In this document: positions 53,710-64,000 of the stretch, in pieces
Layout: every line of letters starts with the position of its first letter
Position numbering within the stretch: the stretch's first letter is position 1
Source: an uncultured Clostridium sp.
GTDB lineage: Bacteria > Bacillota > Clostridia > UBA1212 > UBA1255
NCBI GenBank assembly: GCA_900543695.1
Contig: UQSG01000011.1
Span: 2,461-66,460, forward strand
DNA length: 64,000 bases
Direction: 5' to 3'
Position numbers and translations under genes: made by a program
Notes under the pieces: generated by a model
The model's database searches: none
Told to the model about the DNA's origin: nothing
The model's input: the letters and a program-made list of their open reading frames with translations, nothing else

Positions 53710-55779
53710 ATGAAAAGTTCTGATTTACGAAATGTTGTTCTGCTGGGGCACGGCGGCGTCGGCAAAACATCCGCCGCAGAAGCCATGCTGTATAACGCAG
53801 GCGCGACGGACCGCCTCGGCAGGATTAACGAGGGCAACACCGTACTTGACTATGATCAGGAAGAAATTCGACGGCAGGCATCTGTAAGCCTGGCGATTGC
53901 CCCCTTCGACTGGAAGAATTCTACTGTAAATATTATAGATACTCCTGGATATTTTGACTTTGCGGGAGAAATGCTCGAGGGCGTTTCCGTAGCTGATTCC
54001 GCAGTAATTGTCGCCGCGGGCGCGATGTCCGTTGGAACAGAGAAGGCATGGGATTTTGCAAACAGCAGAAATCTGCCGCGCGTCATATTTGTCAACAAAA
54101 TGAACGACGATACGGCGGATTTCGATAAAATATACGGCGAGCTGAAAGACGTGCTGGGCAGGTCCTGCGTTGCGCTGCAGCTTCCGATCCGCAAAAATAA
54201 CAAATTAGTCGGAATTGTGGACGGCATCACAATGGAAGCCAGTATGTTTGATCAGGACGGGAACCTTACCGAATGCGAAATGCCCGAGGAGCTGAGAGCG
54301 CAGGCGGAGGAAATCAATAATAATCTTTCCGAAATCGTAGCGGAAACCGACGACGCGCTGATGGAAAAGTTCTTCGGCGGCGAAAAATTCACGAAGGAAG
54401 AAATCATCAGAGGACTTAAAATTGCGATTAATCATTGTACATGTGCTCCGGTATTGCTTGGCTCCGCCTATGAAAATATCGGTATTAAAAAGCTGATGGA
54501 CTTTATCGTGGACTATATGCCGTCCCCGCTTGAACGCACGGTTCTCGACTATACGGACGCCAGCGGAGCGCAGAAGCAGATGAAGCCCGATCCCGACGGG
54601 CATCCCACGCTGTTTGTTTACAAAACGATTGCGGATCCTTTCGTTGGCCGCCTGTCGCTCTTCCGCGTCTGCTCGGGCACGCTGAAGCCCGATACGGTTT
54701 TATATAACGCAAACAAGGGGGCAGACGAACGGATTGCACAGATCTTCGTGCTGCGCGGCAGGAAACAGATCCCCGTTAAGGAATTGGTCTGCGGCGATCT
54801 GGGTGCCGTTGCCAAGCTGAACGTGACGGTCACTAACGATACGCTCGGCTCCAAGTCGAATCCGATTCTGTTGGCGCCCACCGTTTTCCCGAAGCCTCAG
54901 CTGACGCTCGGCATCGCGCCGAAGGCCAGAGGCGACGAGGAAAAGATCAGTTCCAGCCTCAGCAAGCTGCGGGACGAGGATCCTGTGATCAGCTTTTATC
55001 AGAACGCGGAAACCGGGCAGATGCTGATTTCCGGCCTCGGAGACCAGCATATCGACGTAATCGTAAATAAGCTGAAGAACCGGTACGGCGTATCCGTTCA
55101 GCTTGAGGATCCGAAAATCCCGTACAGAGAAACGATCCGCAAGAAGGTCTCTGCGGAGGGGCTCCATAAGAAGCAATCCGGCGGCGCAGGGCAGTATGGA
55201 AAGGTCGTGATTGAATTTGAACCCGGGGAGAAAGAAGAACTGGAATTCTGCGAGCGTGTGTTCGGCGGCGCGGTGCCGAAGCAGTTTTTCCCGTCTGTGG
55301 AGAAGGGGCTGCAGGAAAGTGTCCGGCACGGCGTGCTTGCAGGATATCCAGTCGTCCATCTGAAGGCGACCTTGGTAGACGGAAAATATCATCCAGTTGA
55401 TTCCAAAGAGGTTGCGTTCGTATCCGCTGCGAAGATTGCGTTTAAAGCGGGCATGAAACAGGCGGCTCCAGTGCTTTTGGAGCCCGTGGAAAGCGTCAAG
55501 GTATATATTCCGGATCGTTATATGGGAGATGTAATCGGAGACCTGAACAAGCGAAGAGGCCGCGTGCTCGGCATGAATCCGTTGGAAAATGGCATGCAGG
55601 AGGTCGTTGCGGAAGTGCCGTATGCGGAGCTGTTCAAATACGCGACGGATCTGCGCTCGATGACGCAGGCAAGAGGCTCCTTCGATACCGAATTTGCTCG
55701 GTATGAGGAAGTGCCGGACAATATTGCGCAGAAGATCATTGAAGAAGCAAAGCGGCATATGAGCGAGGACGAGGATTAA
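53710..55779 (+). CDS. Elongation factor G paralog (EF-G2-like translational GTPase)
   Basis: Five-domain EF-G architecture. The G1 motif is LLGHGGVGKTS (canonical EF-G has AHIDAGKTT). DTPGYFDF G3 motif. NKMD G4 motif. 689 aa. Confidence 0.8.
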   Translation: MKSSDLRNVVLLGHGGVGKTSAAEAMLYNAGATDRLGRINEGNTVLDYDQEEIRRQASVSLAIAPFDWKNSTVNIIDTPGYFDFAGEMLEGVSVADSAVIVAAGAMSVGTEKAWDFANSRNLPRVIFVNKMNDDTADFDKIYGELKDVLGRSCVALQLPIRKNNKLVGIVDGITMEASMFDQDGNLTECEMPEELRAQAEEINNNLSEIVAETDDALMEKFFGGEKFTKEEIIRGLKIAINHCTCAPVLLGSAYENIGIKKLMDFIVDYMPSPLERTVLDYTDASGAQKQMKPDPDGHPTLFVYKTIADPFVGRLSLFRVCSGTLKPDTVLYNANKGADERIAQIFVLRGRKQIPVKELVCGDLGAVAKLNVTVTNDTLGSKSNPILLAPTVFPKPQLTLGIAPKARGDEEKISSSLSKLRDEDPVISFYQNAETGQMLISGLGDQHIDVIVNKLKNRYGVSVQLEDPKIPYRETIRKKVSAEGLHKKQSGGAGQYGKVVIEFEPGEKEELEFCERVFGGAVPKQFFPSVEKGLQESVRHGVLAGYPVVHLKATLVDGKYHPVDSKEVAFVSAAKIAFKAGMKQAAPVLLEPVESVKVYIPDRYMGDVIGDLNKRRGRVLGMNPLENGMQEVVAEVPYAELFKYATDLRSMTQARGSFDTEFARYEEVPDNIAQKIIEEAKRHMSEDED

Positions 55780-55786
55780 GAAACGA

Positions 55787-55815
55787 TTGACAGAATCTCC
55801 ACGATTTAATACAAT
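55787..55815 (+). promoter_or_regulatory. Sigma-A promoter (TTGACA-17-TACAAT) for citrate synthase
   Basis: Consensus boxes. It is followed within 4 nt by a 10-bp perfect inverted repeat (55819-55845). Confidence 0.65.
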
Positions 55816-55875
55816 AAGCCATTATATCTGGAAAAGATATAATGGCTTTCGCATTTCATTTTGGAGGAATGGGAC

Positions 55876-57264
55876 ATGTATCATCAGTACAGTGATTCGA
55901 TCTTTGCGCATTATGAGGATTTTATACGAGATATGTCGGAAACGGCAGTCGCATCGGATTCCTTTGACCCGGCGCTGTATCAGAAATATAACGTCAAGCG
56001 GGGACTGAGGAACGCAGACAGTACGGGCGTTCTGGTAGGACTGACCAGCATTGGCGACGTACGTGCGTACATCATGGAAGAAAATGAAAAGGTTCCGATC
56101 GACGGCAAGCTTTTATACAGAGGAATCAGTATCGAGCATCTGGTGGACGGCTTTGAAAAGGACCGGCGGTTCGGCTTTGAAGAGACCGCATACCTTCTGA
56201 TCACCGGGAAGCTCCCGGATGACCGACAGCTTGAAGAGTTCAAATCCCTTCTGGACGAGTGCAGAAAGCTGCCCGACGGATTTGCGGAAGATATGATCAT
56301 GAAGGCGCCCAGCAACAATATCATGAACAAACTGGCGCGCTGTGCGCTGGCCTCCTATTCCTATGACAGCAATCCGGACGATATTTCATATGAAAACGTA
56401 CTGCGGCAGTGTATCCGTCTGATCGGACAGATGCCGACAATGACCGCGTACGCATATCAGGCGAGAAATCATTATTATTATGACAAGAGCCTGTATATCC
56501 ATAATCCGCAAAAGGGCCTTTCTACGTCGGAAAATCTGCTTCAAATGATTCGGCCGGACAGCAGGTATACGAAATTGGAGGCGGAAATCCTCGATCTTGC
56601 CCTCGTACTCCACGCCGAGCACGGCGGAGGCAACAATTCGTCTTTTACCGTCCATGTTGTGACCTCGACGGGAACGGACACGTATTCTGCCATTGCGGCG
56701 GCGATCGGCGCTTTAAAAGGGCCGAAGCACGGCGGCGCAAACCTCAAGGTAATGGACATGATGGAGGACATCAAAGCGCATGTCGGGGATAAGCGGGATA
56801 AAGGCAGAATCAAGGATTATCTGATTCGTTTGCTTAATAAAGAGGCGTACGATGGATCGGGATTGATTTATGGCATTGGACATGCCGTATACACAAAGTC
56901 CGATCCGCGGGCCAAGCTCCTGAAGCGGAAGGCGGAAGAGCTTGCGGCTGCGCTCGGCGGCGAATGGGAGGAAGAGTTTAACTTTTATAAGACGGTGGAG
57001 GAACTGGCGCCGTCGGCTTTCGAGGAATATAAAAACTCCTCAAAGGTAATGTGTGCAAACGTAGACTTTTATTCTGGTCTGGTCTATTCAATGCTGAATA
57101 TCCCAAAAGAGTTATTTACGCCGATTTTTGCGATCTCCAGGATTGCCGGCTGGAGCGCGCACCGGCTGGAGGAACTGGCGGTCAGCAACCGCATCATCAG
57201 ACCGGCATATAAAAATGTGGGCAGAAAACAGCCGTACGTCGATTTATCGGACAGGAGGGAATGA
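55876..57264 (+). CDS. Citrate synthase
   Basis: ATG 7 nt after a GGAGGA RBS. Catalytic-His regions [15 protein letters not shown] and GIGHAVY. 462 aa. Confidence 0.85.
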   Translation: MYHQYSDSIFAHYEDFIRDMSETAVASDSFDPALYQKYNVKRGLRNADSTGVLVGLTSIGDVRAYIMEENEKVPIDGKLLYRGISIEHLVDGFEKDRRFGFEETAYLLITGKLPDDRQLEEFKSLLDECRKLPDGFAEDMIMKAPSNNIMNKLARCALASYSYDSNPDDISYENVLRQCIRLIGQMPTMTAYAYQARNHYYYDKSLYIHNPQKGLSTSENLLQMIRPDSRYTKLEAEILDLALVLHAEHGGGNNSSFTVHVVTSTGTDTYSAIAAAIGALKGPKHGGANLKVMDMMEDIKAHVGDKRDKGRIKDYLIRLLNKEAYDGSGLIYGIGHAVYTKSDPRAKLLKRKAEELAAALGGEWEEEFNFYKTVEELAPSAFEEYKNSSKVMCANVDFYSGLVYSMLNIPKELFTPIFAISRIAGWSAHRLEELAVSNRIIRPAYKNVGRKQPYVDLSDRRE

Positions 57265-59702
57265 CCTTGAAGGAAAAAATTTTTGAATACAGGCCGGCTG
57301 AAATCGAGGCAAAATGGCAGAAAATCTGGGAAGCTGAAAAAGCGTTTGAAGCGGTGATCGACCATCAGAAAAAGAAATTTTACGGGCTGATAGAATTCCC
57401 GTACCCTTCTGGAAACGGGCTCCACGTCGGACATCCAAGATCTAACACGGCGATGGACATTATCGCCAGAAAACGCAGGATGGAGGGCTATAACGTGCTG
57501 TTCCCGATCGGATGGGATGCGTTCGGCCTTCCGACCGAAAATTACGCGATCAAAAACAAGGTTCATCCGGCAGAGGTTACGGCGAAAAATATCGCCCATT
57601 TTAAAGAGCAGCTGAAACGGCTCGGATTCTCCTTTGACTGGTCGCGGGAAATCAATACGACGGATCCGGCTTACTACAAATGGACGCAATGGATTTTCCT
57701 CAAGCTGTTTGAAAAAGGTCTGGCTTATAAAGCCGAAATTCCGATCAACTGGTGTACGGAATGTAAAGTAGGCCTTGCAAACGAAGAGGTGGTTAACGGC
57801 GTCTGCGAGCGCTGCGGCGGAGAGGTCGTCAGACGGGTAAAATCCCAGTGGATGCTGAAAATTACGGATTATGCGCAGAAACTCCTCGATGGTCTGGAGG
57901 ATGTCGAATTTATCGAAAAGGTTAAAACGCAGCAGCGGAACTGGATCGGCAGGAGCGAAGGCGCAGAGGTGAATTTTACCGTTCCCGCGGCAAAGGCCTT
58001 CGGAGACGGAATCCTGACGGTTTACACAACGCGTCCCGATACGTTATTCGGCGCCACCTATATGGTGGTTTCGCCCGAGCATCCGATGATCGAAAAATTA
58101 AAAGATCAAATTGAGAATTATGACGAGGTGCTTGCATATAAAGCGGAAGCGGCCAAAAAGTCTGATTTTGAAAGAACGGAAATGGCAAAAGAAAAAACTG
58201 GCGTGCCGCTGAAAGGAATTACTGCTGTCAATCCTGTGAACAATAAAGAAATTCCCGTTTGGATTTCGGATTACGTATTGATTTCGTACGGAACGGGAGC
58301 CATCATGGCGGTTCCGGCACACGATGAGCGAGATTGGGAATTTGCAAAAAAATTTGGCCTGCCGATCATTGAAGTCGTGAAAGGCGGAGACGTTGAAAAC
58401 GCTCCGTATACCGATATTGAGAGCGGCGTGCTGACAAACTCCGGATTCCTGGACGGTCTGAGCGTAGCAGAAGCCAAAAAGACTATCATACAGTGGCTCA
58501 CAGAGCGCGGATTTGGACATCGGAAGGTAAATTACAAGCTGCGTGACTGGGTATTCAGCAGACAACGATATTGGGGAGAACCGATTCCGCTCGTATATTG
58601 CCAGCATTGCGGTTGGGTTCCGGTGCCGGAAAAGGAGCTGCCCGTGAAGCTGCCGGAAATCCGGAATTATATGCAGACGGACAGCGGCGAATCTCCCCTT
58701 GTGAACGTACCGGAGTGGGTTCATACGGTATGCCCGAAGTGCGGCGCTCCGGCAGAACGGGAGACGGATACGATGCCGCAGTGGGCAGGCTCCTCCTGGT
58801 ATTTTATCCGCTACTGTGATCCGCACAACGATCGGGAATTTATCTCCAAAGAGGCAATGGATTATTGGCTTCCGGTAGACTGGTACAACGGAGGAATGGA
58901 GCATACCACGCTGCATCTGCTGTACTCCCGCTTCTGGCATAAATTCCTGTACGATATCGGAGCGATTTCCTGTCCGGAGCCATATATCAAGCGAACATCG
59001 CACGGTATGATATTAGGCGAAAACGGTGAAAAAATGTCGAAATCCAGGGGCAACGTTATCAACCCCGACGACATCGTCCGGGAGATTGGAGCAGACGCCT
59101 TCCGTGTATATGAAATGTTTATGGGAGCCTTCGATCAGGCGATCCCGTGGTCCACGCAGGGAGCAAGAGGCTGCTACCGCTTCCTGGACAGAGTCTGGAA
59201 GCTGCAGAACCTTTTGACGGAGGAGGAAGAATTGTCGGAAGCGCTCAAGGCTTCTGTACACGGCACCATCAAAAAGGTCTCGGAGGATTACGAGAAGATG
59301 AAGTTCAATACCGCGATTGCCGCGATGATGTCGCTTGTAAATGAAATATACGCGCGCGGCAGCGTTACAAGAGGAGAGCTCCGGGCACTTCTTCTGCTGC
59401 TGAATCCCGCGGCGCCGCATATTACCGAAGAAATCTGGCAGCAGCAGGCGCTTTCCGATCAGCCGATTTATCGCTCGCAGTGGCCGTCGTACGATGAAAA
59501 GGCCATGGAGCAGCAGGAAACGGAAATTGCCGTACAGATCTGCGGTAAGATCAAAATGAAGCTTATGGTACCCTCATCATACGGAAAAGAGGAAACAGAG
59601 CGCTTCGTGCTGGAAAATGATGCTGTGAAGGCGCTGATTGCAGGCAGGGAGGCTCGTAAGATCATTGCTGTCCCGGGAAGACTTGTTAATATTGTAATAT
59701 AA
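57261..59702 (+). CDS. leuS: Leucine--tRNA ligase
   Basis: HIGH motif ([17 protein letters not shown]), KMSKS ([10 protein letters not shown]), CP1 editing domain. 813 aa. Confidence 0.95.
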   Translation: MTLKEKIFEYRPAEIEAKWQKIWEAEKAFEAVIDHQKKKFYGLIEFPYPSGNGLHVGHPRSNTAMDIIARKRRMEGYNVLFPIGWDAFGLPTENYAIKNKVHPAEVTAKNIAHFKEQLKRLGFSFDWSREINTTDPAYYKWTQWIFLKLFEKGLAYKAEIPINWCTECKVGLANEEVVNGVCERCGGEVVRRVKSQWMLKITDYAQKLLDGLEDVEFIEKVKTQQRNWIGRSEGAEVNFTVPAAKAFGDGILTVYTTRPDTLFGATYMVVSPEHPMIEKLKDQIENYDEVLAYKAEAAKKSDFERTEMAKEKTGVPLKGITAVNPVNNKEIPVWISDYVLISYGTGAIMAVPAHDERDWEFAKKFGLPIIEVVKGGDVENAPYTDIESGVLTNSGFLDGLSVAEAKKTIIQWLTERGFGHRKVNYKLRDWVFSRQRYWGEPIPLVYCQHCGWVPVPEKELPVKLPEIRNYMQTDSGESPLVNVPEWVHTVCPKCGAPAERETDTMPQWAGSSWYFIRYCDPHNDREFISKEAMDYWLPVDWYNGGMEHTTLHLLYSRFWHKFLYDIGAISCPEPYIKRTSHGMILGENGEKMSKSRGNVINPDDIVREIGADAFRVYEMFMGAFDQAIPWSTQGARGCYRFLDRVWKLQNLLTEEEELSEALKASVHGTIKKVSEDYEKMKFNTAIAAMMSLVNEIYARGSVTRGELRALLLLLNPAAPHITEEIWQQQALSDQPIYRSQWPSYDEKAMEQQETEIAVQICGKIKMKLMVPSSYGKEETERFVLENDAVKALIAGREARKIIAVPGRLVNIVI

Positions 59703-59720
59703 TCAGGAAAGGACTTGCTT

Positions 59721-61448
59721 ATGAATTATAGAAAAGCAGCGGCGGAAGCAGTCGCCTCCGCTCTGAATTCACAGCAGATTACTGCGGAGCAGGCGGAACG
59801 TCTGATGACCGTTCCGCCGAACCCGGAGATGGGAGACATCGCGTTTCCGTGTTTTTCCCTCGCAAAACAGTTCCGCAAAGCGCCTCCGCAGATCGCGGCG
59901 GAGCTTCAGCGGAGCCTTTTGGAATCCCCCGAAGCCGGAAGCATTTTCCTGAAAGTGGAAGCCGTCGGGGGATATTTGAATTTTTATCTGAAGCGCGGCG
60001 CGCTGGTCAGGAGCGTCATTTCGGAGGTGCTGTCCAGAGGAGAGGATTACGGAAAGACTGAGGAAGGCAAGGGAAAACGTATCCTGGTAGAGTTTTCATC
60101 GCCGAACATTGCAAAGCCGTTTCATATCGGACATCTTGTTACGACAGCTCTGGGAAGCTCCATCGAGCGGATTTATGCGTTTCTTGGATATGATACGGTC
60201 AAAATCAATCATATTGGGGATTGGGGAACGCAGTTCGGAAAGCTGATCAGCGCCTATAAAAGGTGGGGAGATGCGGCTGCAATCCAAAAGGATCCGATCA
60301 ACGAGCTTTTGAAAATTTATGTGAAATTCCATACAGAGGCGGAGCTGCATCCTGAGCTGGAGGACGAAGCCAGGCTGTATTTTAAAAAGCTGGAAGAGGG
60401 AGACGCGGAGGTTCGGGCGCTCTGGCAGTTCTTTGTCGATGCAAGCCTGCAGGAATTCAACCGGATTTACCGGCTGCTGGACATTACCTTCGACTCCTAT
60501 GCGGGAGAGAGCTTTTACTCAGATAAAATGCCTGAGGTGGTGGAGCTTCTTAAGGAGAAGCATCTGCTGGAGGAAAGCGACGGCGCACAGGTCGTACGCT
60601 TCGAAGAGGATCGTCTTCCGCCCTGCATCATCCTGAAATCCGATGGGACTACGATTTATGCGACGCGTGATCTGGCGGCTGCAATCTACCGGAAAAGAAC
60701 GTATGATTTTTATAAAAACGTCTACGTTGTAGGAACACCGCAGGCGCTGCACTTCAAGCAGATTTTTGCCGTCCTGGAGAAAATGGGATACGAATGGGCA
60801 AAGGACTGCGTTCACGTCGGCTTCGGGTACGTCCGCTTCCCGGACAGAGTGCTTTCGACGCGCCACGGCGACGTGGTGCTTCTTGAGGACGTGCTGCAGG
60901 AATCGATTGAAAAAACAAAAGAGGTTATAAAAAACAGCTCGACGAGTAAAAATATTGATGATCTGGACGAGGTCGCGGAAAAGATCGGCGTCGGAGCGAT
61001 TCTGTATTCATTCCTGAAAAACGGCAGGGAAAAGGATATTATTTTTACCTGGAAGGACATCCTTGACTTTGAGGGAGAATCGGGGCCATACGTGCAGTAT
61101 GCCTATGCAAGAGGCAGAAGCGTTCTGCGGAAAGCGGCGGAAAGCGGGATCGACTATACGGCGGCCGATTTGTCTTTAGCAGACGGCGCCGAAGAATTTG
61201 AACTTGCAAAGCTGATTCACTCCTACGAATCCGTTGTCAGGGAAGCGGCGCAGAAATATGAGCCCTGCTGCGTAACCCGCTTCGTAACAGATCTTGCGCA
61301 GTCGTTCAATAAATTTTACAATACGTGCAGCATCATGAAATCGGAACCGGCGCTCCGGGACGCAAGACTGATGATTACGGAAGCGGCCTGTACTTGTATC
61401 AAGTCGGCCCTGCATCTGATCGGGGTACGCGTGGTAGAAAAAATGTAG
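59721..61448 (+). CDS. argS: Arginine--tRNA ligase
   Basis: ATG after an AGGAAAGGA RBS. HIGH-type motif (SSPNIAKPFHIGHL). A C-terminal DALR anticodon-binding domain. 575 aa. Confidence 0.9.
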   Translation: MNYRKAAAEAVASALNSQQITAEQAERLMTVPPNPEMGDIAFPCFSLAKQFRKAPPQIAAELQRSLLESPEAGSIFLKVEAVGGYLNFYLKRGALVRSVISEVLSRGEDYGKTEEGKGKRILVEFSSPNIAKPFHIGHLVTTALGSSIERIYAFLGYDTVKINHIGDWGTQFGKLISAYKRWGDAAAIQKDPINELLKIYVKFHTEAELHPELEDEARLYFKKLEEGDAEVRALWQFFVDASLQEFNRIYRLLDITFDSYAGESFYSDKMPEVVELLKEKHLLEESDGAQVVRFEEDRLPPCIILKSDGTTIYATRDLAAAIYRKRTYDFYKNVYVVGTPQALHFKQIFAVLEKMGYEWAKDCVHVGFGYVRFPDRVLSTRHGDVVLLEDVLQESIEKTKEVIKNSSTSKNIDDLDEVAEKIGVGAILYSFLKNGREKDIIFTWKDILDFEGESGPYVQYAYARGRSVLRKAAESGIDYTAADLSLADGAEEFELAKLIHSYESVVREAAQKYEPCCVTRFVTDLAQSFNKFYNTCSIMKSEPALRDARLMITEAACTCIKSALHLIGVRVVEKM

Positions 61449-61469
61449 CTGCCTGCAAGAGGTGTCTTT

Positions 61470-64000
61470 ATGAAAAAAAAGTTTGCGTCGATCGTGGTTT
61501 CGTTTCTGGCGGCCTGCTTCTGCCTTACAGCATGGCTTCCGGAACCGGCCGGCGCGGTATTTTTGGAAGATTATGTAGAACAGTACATGAAAGACACCAC
61601 GGATCCTGCTGCCGTATACGCAGTGGTTCTGACGCTGGAAGACAGGCCGCTTTCCGAATATGAAGCGGCGCGGCGGCTGGGCACCGGCACGTTTGTACAG
61701 ACGGCGGAGGGACAGGAAAGATACCGTGCCCTGATTGAAAAACAGGATGCACTTTTGACAGAACTGGAGACGGTGCTTGCGCGGAGCGTCACGGCCGCTT
61801 ACCGCTATACGGCGGCGTTGAACGGGATCTGCATTTATCTCTCGCAGCCGGAATCGGAACGGGTGCTGGAGCACGCCGCTTCGCTGGGATACGATGGAAT
61901 GTATTTGGCATCGGCCGCCTTCACTCCTGAATCGAGGCGATCTGATCTGCCGGCGGCGTCTGGCTCTGAACCACGTGCCGATGCCTCCGGTTCTGCCCTG
62001 GAGTACGTAGGCAATGACGGAACATACGGCGACGGTACGGGAACGGTCGTGGCGGTTATTGATACTGAGCTGGATTTCAGGCATGAATATTTTACGATGA
62101 AAGAGCCGGGAACGGGCCGGCTGACCAAGGCGTATGTGGACGGGATTTCACCGTATCTTTCTACGGCGAGCTTTCAGAGGGACTCGTATTATGTCAGCGA
62201 AAAGCTGCCGTACGTCGCGAATTATGAAAATTATACGGCAAACACATATTGTGACGCGCAGGATATCGTGCATGGCTCTCATGTTTCCGGAATCGCCGCC
62301 GGTAACGGCGCGGGTGCTTCCGGCAGCCGCTATCAGATCAGCGGAAACGCCCCAAATGCACAGCTTGTTTTTATGGGAAACGCGCATTTGCGCGACGAGA
62401 CATTGTTTGCCTCGTTCGACGACTGCCTTTATCTGGAAGTCGACGTCGTCAACTGCAGCTTCGGCGCCGAGGGCGTGATGCTGTACGGGAAAACGGATGC
62501 CCTGGAGTTTGAACGAAAAATCGTGGAAAATCTGGTGGAAGCGGGCATCCAGGTCTGTGCCGCCGCCGGGAATTCCGATAAATATGCGCTTGGCGGGAAC
62601 GCGCTTCTGAGCCATCCTGCATATTCCATTCCGGGATATCCGTACAATATTCCGCAGACGCTGACGATCGCATCGGCGCAGAATCCGTTTTCCATCCAAA
62701 CGGCGCTTGAGGCTGCTGACGGCTCCCTTTTTGTCGGACTGATCAACAGCGGCTTTGATTCCGAAGAACTGGAAGGGCTTTCCGCGGAATACGCCGTCAT
62801 CCCCGGCATTGGATCGGCAGCCGATTTTGAGGGGATCGACGTTTCCGGAAAATATGCGCTCGTGCGCAGAGGGGAGATCTCCTTCGAAGTAAAATCAAAG
62901 AATGCCGCCGATGCTGGGGCGGCAGGAATCATCTTTTACAACAATATAGAGGGAGAATCGCTTTCCGCTGCCGCGGGCAGCGTGCTGCCGGGACTTATGG
63001 TTTCTCTGGAGGATGGCGAGGCAATGGCCGCTCTGGAGGAAAAAACGGTACGATTCAGGACTTTTTATTCACAGCAGGAAGGAGAGCCCGAGGTCAGCGC
63101 TTTTACGAGCTGGAACTGTTCCAATCTGCTGACTTTAAAGCCGGATCTGCTTTGCTTTGGAGGGAATATTTATTCCTCCGTCCCGGATAACGCATATGAA
63201 TTTTTCAACGGCACTTCGATGGCGACGCCGCAGGCGGCGGGCCTGTATGCCATTCTGAAGCAGAATGTTATGCAGCAGAAGACAAAATACGGGATCGAGG
63301 GGCAGTCGGATTATCCCGGCATAATTTCGAAGCTGCTGATGTCTACGGCGCATCCTGTCTCAGATTCTACAAGCCGTACGGTCATTTCCCCGCGCCGTCA
63401 GGGAAACGGGGTGCCGAATGTCAAAGACGCGCTGGAAACGCCGGCTTATATATATACTGAAAGCGCAGCGGATGAATACCGGCCGAAGCTTTCCCTGGGA
63501 GACGACGCAAAACGCACCGGAAAATTTTCGTTTGCGTTTTTTGTGAAAAATGTATCGGACACAGAGGTGACGTACACGCTTTCTTATGATCTCATTTCAG
63601 ATGCGGTTGTGGGAGACGCAACGGAAGACCGCTCCGACGACGCGCTGGCGGGCTATGCCAGAAATCTCTCGGGAAACGTGAGCTTCCGGGATTCCGACGG
63701 TATGGAGATTAAAACGGTTACGGTTCCGGCAGGAGCCGAGGCTCGAGTAGAAGCGTTCGTATCGCTCAGCAAAGCGGACATGGATTATATGGATCGCTAT
63801 TTTGAAAACGGCACGTATGCCGAAGGCTATATTTATTTAAAAAATAACGAAAATCCGGATCTTTTGCTTTCATTTATGGGGTTTTATGGCTCCTGGCTCG
63901 ACAGCCCCGTTTTTGACGCCTTCCTTTATGACGGCGGCGAGGCGTTCTTCGAACCGACCTATCTGTATGCGGACGGCGGCCTGATTCTTGGCATGAATCT
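61470..64000 (+). CDS. Secreted subtilisin-family (S8) serine peptidase with an inserted PA domain (lactocepin/C5a-peptidase-like), 3'-truncated by the window end
   Basis: Signal peptide MKKKFASIVVSFLAACFCLTAWLP. Catalytic Asp (VVAVIDTELD), His (HGSHVSGIAAG), Ser (GTSMATPQAAG). A PA-domain-like insertion (GKYALVRRGEISFEVKSKNAADAGAAGIIFYNN). The ORF is open to base 64000. Confidence 0.8.
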   Translation, partial: MKKKFASIVVSFLAACFCLTAWLPEPAGAVFLEDYVEQYMKDTTDPAAVYAVVLTLEDRPLSEYEAARRLGTGTFVQTAEGQERYRALIEKQDALLTELETVLARSVTAAYRYTAALNGICIYLSQPESERVLEHAASLGYDGMYLASAAFTPESRRSDLPAASGSEPRADASGSALEYVGNDGTYGDGTGTVVAVIDTELDFRHEYFTMKEPGTGRLTKAYVDGISPYLSTASFQRDSYYVSEKLPYVANYENYTANTYCDAQDIVHGSHVSGIAAGNGAGASGSRYQISGNAPNAQLVFMGNAHLRDETLFASFDDCLYLEVDVVNCSFGAEGVMLYGKTDALEFERKIVENLVEAGIQVCAAAGNSDKYALGGNALLSHPAYSIPGYPYNIPQTLTIASAQNPFSIQTALEAADGSLFVGLINSGFDSEELEGLSAEYAVIPGIGSAADFEGIDVSGKYALVRRGEISFEVKSKNAADAGAAGIIFYNNIEGESLSAAAGSVLPGLMVSLEDGEAMAALEEKTVRFRTFYSQQEGEPEVSAFTSWNCSNLLTLKPDLLCFGGNIYSSVPDNAYEFFNGTSMATPQAAGLYAILKQNVMQQKTKYGIEGQSDYPGIISKLLMSTAHPVSDSTSRTVISPRRQGNGVPNVKDALETPAYIYTESAADEYRPKLSLGDDAKRTGKFSFAFFVKNVSDTEVTYTLSYDLISDAVVGDATEDRSDDALAGYARNLSGNVSFRDSDGMEIKTVTVPAGAEARVEAFVSLSKADMDYMDRYFENGTYAEGYIYLKNNENPDLLLSFMGFYGSWLDSPVFDAFLYDGGEAFFEPTYLYADGGLILGMN

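Noticed and set aside
57200-59760. T-box leaders upstream of leuS and argS
   Set aside because: leuS overlaps the citrate synthase stop codon, and argS starts 19 nt after leuS. No leader space exists, so these genes are simply co-transcribed.
1-64000. CRISPR arrays, insertion sequences, integrases or phage genes
   Set aside because: No direct-repeat/spacer periodicity, no terminal inverted repeats flanking a transposase, and no recombinase-like ORF were seen. The only repeated element is the short intergenic palindrome reported in the findings.

Overview
The window is a 64 kb chromosomal segment from a spore-forming Firmicute. The GC content is about 55-57% and ylbJ, spoIVA, yqfC/yqfD, tandem DUF881 genes and a PdaA-like deacetylase are present, which points to class Clostridia, probably Oscillospiraceae/Ruminococcaceae-like. 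There are no transposases, integrases or CRISPR arrays; the content is mostly core genes with a few accessory modules.

(1) A roughly 13.7 kb co-directional carbohydrate ABC-uptake super-operon (1-13761, + strand). It contains a very large solute-binding protein (SBP) with an extra N-terminal domain, two permease pairs, two further lipoprotein SBPs, and no ATPase. Between the two permease pairs sit an exported NHL-repeat/TPR protein fused to a Yip1-type membrane domain and an 832-aa membrane-anchored extracellular protein that looks glycosidase-like (DUF5696-like).

(2) Convergent ylbJ, then metA, then a membrane-anchored repeat protein plus an LRR lipoprotein, then rbgA-rnhB-engB and a LysA-like decarboxylase.

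(3) An XRE-cupin regulator, an acyl-CoA synthetase, a Gfo/Idh/MocA oxidoreductase and an FGGY kinase, convergent with a DUF4091/GH123-like protein.

(4) ybaB-recR-prfA-sua5-ywlE-upp, followed by a compact candidate catabolic triad: an archaeal-type TIM-like isomerase, an FGGY kinase and a short FucI/AraA-like isomerase.

(5) A truncated KdpD-like kinase, a KdpE-like regulator, an ArsB/NhaD-family permease, ktrB and ktrA.

(6) A hypothetical protein with a Vsr/DUF559-like C-terminal domain, spoIVA, a lipoprotein, tRNA-Lys(UUU), hisS, a small acidic-tailed membrane protein, mtaB with an apparent homopolymer frameshift at its 5' end, two DUF881 genes, the deacetylase, yqfC and yqfD.

(7) An EF-G paralog, citrate synthase, leuS, argS and the 5' part of a large S8/PA-domain subtilase.

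Non-coding observations: a thrice-repeated palindromic element TTTTTCCCT-N15-AGGGAAAAA in intergenic regions; a perfect 20-bp palindrome upstream of the deacetylase; a 10-bp inverted repeat at the citrate synthase transcript start; a 12-bp palindrome over a -35 box; and several clear sigma-A promoters and intrinsic terminators.
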